Assembly: GCA_963663275.1 (NCBI GenBank)
Contig: OY760183.1
Coordinates: 1,472,001-1,536,000 of the forward strand
From: Chloroflexota bacterium
GTDB taxonomy: Bacteria > Chloroflexota > UBA11872 > VXOZ01
Reading direction: 5' to 3'
DNA length: 64,000 nt
Part shown: positions 57,524 to 64,000 of the stretch, one piece after another
Numbering within the stretch: the first letter of the stretch is position 1
Layout of the letters: each line of letters opens with the position of its first letter
Notes under the pieces: model-generated
What the model saw: the letters and a program-made list of their open reading frames with translations, nothing else
Databases searched by the model: none
What the model was told of the DNA's origin: nothing
Program-made: the position numbers and the translations under genes

Positions 57524-58759
57524 ATGGAAAAACTCGCGATCCGCGGCGGCACGCCGGTCTGTACCAGGAGGTTCCCGCCGTGGCCGCAGCATGACGAGCG
57601 CGAACTGGATCTGCTGCGCCGGGTGCTGGAGAGCAGCACGTGGGGCGGTACCGGCCACGGGGCGCTGGTGACGGAACTGAGCGAACGCTTCTGCGCCTAC
57701 CACGACGCCGCCTTTGGCATTCCGCTGACGAGTTGCACGGCGGGCTTGGACATCGGCCTGCGCGCCTTCGACATCGGGCCCGGCGACGAGGTAATCGTGC
57801 CGGCCTTCACCTTCATGGCCACGGCCTTTGCGCCCATGTACGTCGGCGCGGACGTGGTCTTCGCGGACGTGGACGCCAACTCGCTCTGCCTCGATCCGGC
57901 GGCGGTGGCCGCAGCCATCACGCCGCGCACCCGGGCGATCGTGCCCGTGCACTTTGGCGGCTATCCGGCGCAGATCGACGAACTCGGCGCGCTGGCCCGG
58001 GCGCACGACCTGGCGGTCATCGTCGACTGCGCCCACGCCCACGGCACCGAGTGGGCCGGCAAGAAGGTGGGCGGCTGGGGCGACCTGAACTCCTACAGCT
58101 TCAACCAGGCCAAGAACATGACCTGCGGCGAGGGCGGCCTGGCGACAACCGACAACGAAGCCATCTGGGAACGCTGCTTCTATACGCTGGCGTGCTTCGG
58201 GCGCAAGCACGGCCGCCCCTGGTACGAGCACCACGAACTCGGCCAGGCCTATCCCATGAACGAATTCCAGGCGGCGGTCTGCCTGCCGCAACTGGAGCGG
58301 CTGGACGAGCATACGAAACGGCGCAACCGCAACGCGGCGTATCTTTCGGGTATGCTGGCTGAAATCCCCGGCATCACCGTGCAGGAACTTGCGCCGGAGG
58401 TGACGCAGCACGGCTACCACATCTATCCCTTGCGCCTCGACGCGGCGGCGTTCGGCACGGACCGCGAGACCCTCCTGGAGGCGGTGCGGGCGGAGGGCGT
58501 GAGCATGTCCAGCGGCTATCCGTGGCCGTTGTACGACAATCCAATGTTCGACAAGAGCGACGGTTCGGTGAAAGGGGCGATCGGCGGCTTCCGCGCCGAG
58601 CCGTGTCCGACGACTGAGCGGCTCTGCCACGGCGAGGCGGTCTGGATCGGCCAAGCCACGCTCCTGGCGGAACAGAGCGCCATGGACGACATAGCGGCCG
58701 CGATTGACAAAGTACAGCGGAACGTGGATCAGTTGCAGGCGGTTGTCGGGGCTACGTAG
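57524..58759 (+). CDS. DegT/DnrJ/EryC1/StrS PLP-dependent aminotransferase
   Basis: GDEVIVPAFTFMAT, DCAHAHG, SFNQAKNMTCGEGG. Confidence 0.9.
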   Translation: MEKLAIRGGTPVCTRRFPPWPQHDERELDLLRRVLESSTWGGTGHGALVTELSERFCAYHDAAFGIPLTSCTAGLDIGLRAFDIGPGDEVIVPAFTFMATAFAPMYVGADVVFADVDANSLCLDPAAVAAAITPRTRAIVPVHFGGYPAQIDELGALARAHDLAVIVDCAHAHGTEWAGKKVGGWGDLNSYSFNQAKNMTCGEGGLATTDNEAIWERCFYTLACFGRKHGRPWYEHHELGQAYPMNEFQAAVCLPQLERLDEHTKRRNRNAAYLSGMLAEIPGITVQELAPEVTQHGYHIYPLRLDAAAFGTDRETLLEAVRAEGVSMSSGYPWPLYDNPMFDKSDGSVKGAIGGFRAEPCPTTERLCHGEAVWIGQATLLAEQSAMDDIAAAIDKVQRNVDQLQAVVGAT

Positions 58760-58819
58760 GGGCGGTTCGCCTGACAACATAAGGACGGTTTGCGGGGGGT
58801 GCGTACGGGCAATTCGCCG

Positions 58820-58859
58820 GCCCCTGTAGGGGCGGTTCGCGAACCGCCCCTACAGGGGC
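58820..58859. repeat. Family-G GTAG REP forming a 40-bp perfect palindrome
   Basis: gcccctgtaggggcggttcg|cgaaccgcccctacaggggc; a partial copy overlaps the aminotransferase stop. Confidence 0.85.
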
Positions 58860-58935
58860 GCGCAGATTGCAAACCTACGCTACCCGAGGGAGCGATGGAG
58901 ACCCTGTGAAAGCATTGAAAGAAAGGAACGGGAGA

Positions 58936-60000
58936 ATGAGCGCCACGATTGCCACGGAGTTGCCCACCGAGAAGAAAGTGCTGCGGGATGCGCGGACCGG
59001 CGCCACCATCTGGCAACTGACGAACGCGCCCTGCGTAAATCACGCGCCGTACTTCTTGAATCCGGCCTGGGCGGGGGCGAACCACGACGCGCTCATCATC
59101 ACGTCCTACCGCAACGGCGCGCCGAATCTCTACGGCATCCAATTGCCGGACGGCGGCTTGCGGCAACTCACCACGAGCGGCGACGTTTCGCCCTGGTCGG
59201 CGTGCGTCGCGCCCGACGGCGGCCGGGTGTACTACGCCGCGACCACCCAGTTGCGCGCGGTGGATACGGCCACGCTGCAGGAGACGGTGCTTACCGATTT
59301 GCCGCCTTCTTCCTGGCTGGGCAACTGCTCGATCAGTCCCGACGGCAGTGAAATCCTGCTGGCGGCGCAGAAGGACGGCCGGAACGTCATCCTGGCGGTG
59401 CGCACCGACGGCGGCGGCGAGCGTGTGCTCTTTGCCACCGACCAGCTTGTGGCCCACGCTCAGTGGAGTCCCGACGGGCGCACGGTGCTCTTCTCCTCGG
59501 ACCTGCCGCGCATGTGGCTGGTGGAAGCCGACGGCTCGAATCCGCGTCCGCTGCGCGCGCAGACCCGCGAAGAGTGGATCACCCACGAGGCCTGGCTCTC
59601 CAACGATGAGATTATCTTCACCTACTGGCCGCACGCGCTGAAAGCCATCCGGCGCGACGGCAGCGGCGAACGCGACGTAGCGGCGTTCAACTGCTGGCAT
59701 CCCGCGCCCCGCCGCGACGGCGCGCAAATCGTCTGCGATACCACCCTGCCCGACGTGGGACTGCAACTCATCGATCCCGCCAGCGGCGCGCGCGAGACGC
59801 TCTGCCACCCGCAGGCGTCGTCACAGGGCTTCCAGTGGTCGCAGCCGGAGCCCTACATGGGCGAAACCGCGCCTGACGACGCCTACGGCCCCCAGTGGTC
59901 GCACCCGCACCCGTCGTATACGCCCGACGGCCGCGCGGTGGTCTACACCTCCGACATTTCGGGGCACGCGCAGGTCTACCTGGCGTTCCTGCCGTCCTGA
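58936..60000 (+). CDS. Oligogalacturonate-lyase/TolB-like beta-propeller protein
   Basis: SPDG repeats; His motifs HAQW, THEAW, CWHP and C-terminal HPHPSYTPDG. Confidence 0.7.
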   Translation: MSATIATELPTEKKVLRDARTGATIWQLTNAPCVNHAPYFLNPAWAGANHDALIITSYRNGAPNLYGIQLPDGGLRQLTTSGDVSPWSACVAPDGGRVYYAATTQLRAVDTATLQETVLTDLPPSSWLGNCSISPDGSEILLAAQKDGRNVILAVRTDGGGERVLFATDQLVAHAQWSPDGRTVLFSSDLPRMWLVEADGSNPRPLRAQTREEWITHEAWLSNDEIIFTYWPHALKAIRRDGSGERDVAAFNCWHPAPRRDGAQIVCDTTLPDVGLQLIDPASGARETLCHPQASSQGFQWSQPEPYMGETAPDDAYGPQWSHPHPSYTPDGRAVVYTSDISGHAQVYLAFLPS

Positions 60001-60167
60001 ATGGGCGCAAGGCGATACGGAGAAACGGGTAGCGCGGCGGCCGCGGCGGACGGCCTGCGGTGTGTCGCGCCTGGAGCGAGGAAAGAGGGGGGCGCGGGGT
60101 GAGGGTGAACACGCTTGGCGAATGCGACTGCGCGTCGTTCTGAAACAGGGAGGGACGGCGCTGCCGC

Positions 60168-60419
60168 TCAGGAAGCGTTGAAGAGCGCGAGCAAGAGGCC
60201 AATCACCACCAATTGCAGGCCGGCTACGGCGAACAGCATTGTGCCCATCCGTATGGTCATACGCTGTTCCAGATCCCGCAAACGCACGTCCAGGTAGTTC
60301 TTTGTAACCAGCGCGTCGCCGCTCTCGCGGTCATGGTCGATCAGGGCCTGCGCCTGGGAGTCCGAGAAGCCGGCCTCTTTGAACGCCGTATAGGCCTTGT
60401 GGGTATCGAACACCGCCAT
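60168..60419 (-). CDS. DUF1640/CCDC90-like small membrane-anchored protein
   Basis: FDTHK....KEAGF...QA.A...LVTK; C-terminal TM helix. Confidence 0.75.
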   Translation of the reverse strand: MAVFDTHKAYTAFKEAGFSDSQAQALIDHDRESGDALVTKNYLDVRLRDLEQRMTIRMGTMLFAVAGLQLVVIGLLLALFNAS

Positions 60420-60661
60420 CGTAATCCATCCTTAGCACTATGGGGCACGCGCCATGCCTACGCCTATTCTAGCACACGCCGCTTAGAGTCCGGCAAGACT
60501 CCTCCGGCATGAGCAGCCATGCTTGCGTCCCGAGAGATCGGCTACGCCATCGAGCGCCGAGGGCGCGCTCGGCGATGCGCGCGCTCATGTGCTACCGTTT
60601 CCTTGTATCGTCGTTGCAAGCGTGTTGAACTACGTTGATTCGCAGGGAAGGAGCCGCCGTC

Positions 60662-62887
60662 GTGACGCGAGAGACCGGGTTGGCATCGTCAAATGCGGTT
60701 GAGTTCGTGCGTTGGGACCAGGCGGCGCAACTGGAGCGGTATCTCGACGCGCTCGCCATGCAGGCGTATGATTGGCGGCGCGCCAAGTGGCAGCGTGACT
60801 TTTCCAGCTTGCGGGCGTACACCCAGTCGGTTGCGCCCAACCGCGCGCATTGGCGCGCAATGCTGGGTGTATGGCCCACAGACGATGAGCGCGTGCCGCT
60901 GGAACCAGAGATGCACGTGGTGGCCGAGCGCGCCGACCACACGGTCTACGCGGTCACGTTCGGCACGCTGCCGGGCGTCCGCTCGTTTGCCCATCTGCTC
61001 GTGCCCAAGCACCTCGCGGCGGCGCGGCCGGCGGTGATTTGCCAGCACGGCATGGGCGGCACGCCGCACTCCATCGCCGGACTGGTGGCGGCGGACGACG
61101 CCTACCACAAGTTCGGCCAACGCCTGGCGGAGCGCGGCTACGTGGTGCTGGCGCCGCACTGCGTCAACTTCGTCGAGTGGCGCACCCGCCTGCACAACAA
61201 GGCGCTGCTGGTCGGGCGTACGCTGATGGGCCTGGAAATCTGGCGGGAGATGCGGGCGGTCGATCTACTGGAGACGCTGCCGGAGGTGGATAGCGAGCGC
61301 ATCGGCTTCTACGGCCTCTCCCAAGGCGGCAAGATGGCGCTCTGGTTCCCGCCGCTGGAACCCCGCATCCGCGCCACGATCATTTCGGCCTTCTACAACG
61401 AGCGCACCAAGAAGCAACTGGTCGCCTCTCCCCACTACCGGCCGTTCATCAACACGCGCGAGCAATCGTATTTCGAGCCTGATTTCTTAACCGAGTTTTC
61501 CGATTACGACCTGGCTTCGCTGATCTGCCCTCGTCCGGTGATGATCGAGCACGGGCAAAAGGACAGTTCCTACTACATCGAAACCGCGCGCGAAGAGTTC
61601 TTCCCCCTCAAAGAGATCTACGAGCGGCTGGGGGTTGGGGAACGCTGCGAGTGGGGAGAGTTCGACGGCCCGCATGAGATTCACGGCGTGGAGTCGTTCG
61701 CCTTTCTCGACCGCTGGCTGAACGACGGCGTTCCGCCGAGTCGAAATGCCCTCCGTCATTCCCGCGAAAGCGGGAACCCAGGACTGGACGAGGAAGGCCC
61801 GCCGCCCCCGCCGGTGTTCGTGGATGATGCCGCCATTCAGTCCATGCGCGACGCTACAAACGGGCAGCACGACCGCCACTTGGACGACCTGGCGGAGCGT
61901 GCCTACGCCGAACGCGCGGCGCGCTGGCGGCGCGACTACTCCGGCGCGGCGGCCTATGAAGAGTCGGTGAAGGAGAACCGCGCGGCGTGGCTCGCCATGA
62001 TGGGCGGGCTGCCGCCGGAGCACGAGCGCGTGCCGCTCGCGCCCGAACGCCGCGTGGTGGCGGAGCGCCCCGACCACACGGTCTACGCCGTTACGCTCGG
62101 CATGTTGCCCGGCGCGCGGCTGTTTGGCTATCTGCTAGTGCCCAAGGGAATTACCGCGCCGCGGGCCGCCGTGGTGACGCAGCACGGTCTCGGCGGGGCC
62201 GTGCAAGCGGTGGCCGGACTGCTGGAGCAAGACGACGCGTACCATGCCTACGGCCGGCGTCTGGCGGAGCGCGGCTACGTGGTCTTTGCGCCGCACTGCA
62301 TCAACGGCACGCCCCGGCGCGTGCGTTTACATAATAAGGCGATTGTGCTCGGCCGGCGGCTGATGGGCCTGGAAATCTGGCGCGAGATGAAGGTGATCGA
62401 CTATCTGCAATCGCTGCCGGAAGTCGATCCGGAGCGGATTGGATTCTACGGGCTTTCGCAAGGCGGCACGATGACACTCTGGCTGACGCCGCTGGAAATG
62501 CGCATCAAAGCAGCCGTGGTCTCGGCGTTCTTCAACGAACGCACGCGCAAGCTGAACACGGAATCAGAGCACTACCGCGCGTATTGCACGACTGATGAGT
62601 ACCATCAATACTATCCGGGGCAATTGCTGGAGTTTTCCGATGCCGACCTGGGCTCGCTGATTTGCCCGCGCCCGCTCTTCATCGAGCAGGGCACGCAAGA
62701 CCGCGCCGTCTACTACAAGGAGGCCGCGGTCGAGTTCGACCGCCTCCACGCCCACTACGCCCGCCTCGGATTGAGCGACCGCTGCGTCTGGGGACTGTTC
62801 GAGGGCAAGCACGAGATTCACGGGAAAGAGTCGTTCCCGTTTCTCGACCGGTGGCTGGAGCACACGCCGGCTACTGTCCAGGGTTAG
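60662..62887 (+). CDS. Tandem two-domain alpha/beta hydrolase
   Basis: Two homologous halves, each with QHGxGG, GLSQGG, SLICPRP, HEIHG and FLDRWL; GTG start after aaggag. Confidence 0.85.
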   Translation: MTRETGLASSNAVEFVRWDQAAQLERYLDALAMQAYDWRRAKWQRDFSSLRAYTQSVAPNRAHWRAMLGVWPTDDERVPLEPEMHVVAERADHTVYAVTFGTLPGVRSFAHLLVPKHLAAARPAVICQHGMGGTPHSIAGLVAADDAYHKFGQRLAERGYVVLAPHCVNFVEWRTRLHNKALLVGRTLMGLEIWREMRAVDLLETLPEVDSERIGFYGLSQGGKMALWFPPLEPRIRATIISAFYNERTKKQLVASPHYRPFINTREQSYFEPDFLTEFSDYDLASLICPRPVMIEHGQKDSSYYIETAREEFFPLKEIYERLGVGERCEWGEFDGPHEIHGVESFAFLDRWLNDGVPPSRNALRHSRESGNPGLDEEGPPPPPVFVDDAAIQSMRDATNGQHDRHLDDLAERAYAERAARWRRDYSGAAAYEESVKENRAAWLAMMGGLPPEHERVPLAPERRVVAERPDHTVYAVTLGMLPGARLFGYLLVPKGITAPRAAVVTQHGLGGAVQAVAGLLEQDDAYHAYGRRLAERGYVVFAPHCINGTPRRVRLHNKAIVLGRRLMGLEIWREMKVIDYLQSLPEVDPERIGFYGLSQGGTMTLWLTPLEMRIKAAVVSAFFNERTRKLNTESEHYRAYCTTDEYHQYYPGQLLEFSDADLGSLICPRPLFIEQGTQDRAVYYKEAAVEFDRLHAHYARLGLSDRCVWGLFEGKHEIHGKESFPFLDRWLEHTPATVQG

Positions 62888-62905
62888 CGTAAAGCTGCCG
62901 GCCCG

Positions 62906-63742
62906 CTAAGCGGATAGGAAGCCCACGGCGCGGAGGTGTTCCACGCTGCGGACGACGCGCTCTTGGCGCTGTTCCAGGGTCGGTTCGGGTTCGCCGCGGA
63001 TGCCTTCGATTTCCAGGCTGTAGGGGCCGAAGAAGCCGGCGTCGTTGGCGATCTTGCCGATGCGGGCGAAATCGACCGCGCCGCCGTCGCCCATGGCCGT
63101 GAAGTACCAATCCCGGTAGCCGCCGCGGCTGTCCTTGAGATGCATGTGCACCACGTAGTCCATGACCTCTTCAAGCTGGGCGTACACGTCCGCGCCCTCG
63201 TTGTAGAAGAGGATGTTGCCCGTGTCGAAATTGATACGGATGGCGTCGTGCTGGAGCGCCCGCATGGTATCCAGGATCGCACCGGCGTTCTGGGTGATGC
63301 CGGGGTGGGTTTCCAGGGCGATAGTGAGGCCGTGGCTGGCGGCCACGTCGCCGATCGCGCTCAGCTTGTCGAGGAAGTCGCGGTAGTCATCCTCCGCCGG
63401 TTCGCCGCCCAGGCCGACGAAGTACTTGGCCCCAATTCCGGCCGCCAGGCGCATGCGCTCCGCGATACGCGCAAAGCCGTCGGGATCCATGAGATTGTCG
63501 GACCCATTGGCGCTGAGTACAGTGAGGCCGTTGGCGTCGAGCTCTTTCTTTAGATTCTGGATCCCCTCGTCGCCGAGCTTTTCGCTGGCGACGACGTCTT
63601 CGGGGATTTCCAGCACGCCGCCGTGCTGCTTCATGGCGAGTTCGAGGTGGGTGATGCCGGCCTGGGGCGCGAGGTCGATGGCGGCGCGCACGCCGTAGCG
63701 TCCGTAGCAATTCGTAAAGACTTCCAGTAAGTTGCTCGGCAT
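62906..63742 (-). CDS. Sugar phosphate isomerase/epimerase (TIM barrel)
   Basis: LETHP, NFDTGN, HMHLKD, SLEIE; RBS aggagg. Confidence 0.85.
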   Translation of the reverse strand: MPSNLLEVFTNCYGRYGVRAAIDLAPQAGITHLELAMKQHGGVLEIPEDVVASEKLGDEGIQNLKKELDANGLTVLSANGSDNLMDPDGFARIAERMRLAAGIGAKYFVGLGGEPAEDDYRDFLDKLSAIGDVAASHGLTIALETHPGITQNAGAILDTMRALQHDAIRINFDTGNILFYNEGADVYAQLEEVMDYVVHMHLKDSRGGYRDWYFTAMGDGGAVDFARIGKIANDAGFFGPYSLEIEGIRGEPEPTLEQRQERVVRSVEHLRAVGFLSA

Positions 63743-63887
63743 GAGGTCCTCCTTTTGCTCTCCGGCAAGGCTGCTATTCTCGTTCACACAGCTATTGTAG
63801 CTAGATGGCGCGATGTGTGCTGGTTTCCATGAGCGCCTTGCCTGGGATGGTGTTTGCCTTTTGCGCCAAGAGGCGGGGGACAAGCCC

Positions 63888-64000
63888 CAATGCTGTCGCA
63901 TTAACGTAGCGCGGGGGCTTGTCCCCCGCCGGTATGGGAAGAATGAGAAAGAAATGGATTGACCATACGGAAGACGCAGGTTACAAACCTGCGCTACCGG
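63888..64000. mobile_element. MITE family 2, second copy (right end beyond the window)
   Basis: caatgctgtcgcattaa after gggacaagccc; internal B+C REP pair closely similar to 17181-17293. Confidence 0.7.

Overview
High-GC bacterial chromosomal window, most likely from a Chloroflexota organism and possibly a sponge or marine symbiont. This is inferred from the pnp-dapB-asd-dapA order, a 'CQFVLGF' secreted domain, a TolB/PD40 plus plant-type LRR protein, and many sulfatase, Gfo/Idh/MocA, TIM-barrel isomerase and PhyH genes. Housekeeping genes (polA, glpK, pnp, dapB, asd, dapA, family-4 UDG, hisF, fumC, kamA-like) alternate with carbohydrate and organosulfur catabolic genes. An AT-richer island of about 4.6 kb lies between dapA and udg. 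Intergenic DNA carries at least seven families of REP-like palindromes. The most notable observations are: (i) two families of transposase-less MITEs with IS4-like ends and 11-bp target duplications that insert into REP hairpins while carrying other REPs as cargo; (ii) REP sequences read in frame inside two proteins; (iii) a ~110-nt Y-shaped, G-U-rich RNA whose arm can pair with the RBS of a small membrane-protein gene in the island; (iv) a candidate sRNA upstream of hisF; (v) a structured pnp leader; (vi) an E-to-D change at the PolA steric gate. No rRNA, tRNA, CRISPR array, transposase or integrase was recognised. All calls come from reading motifs by eye; no database searches were run.
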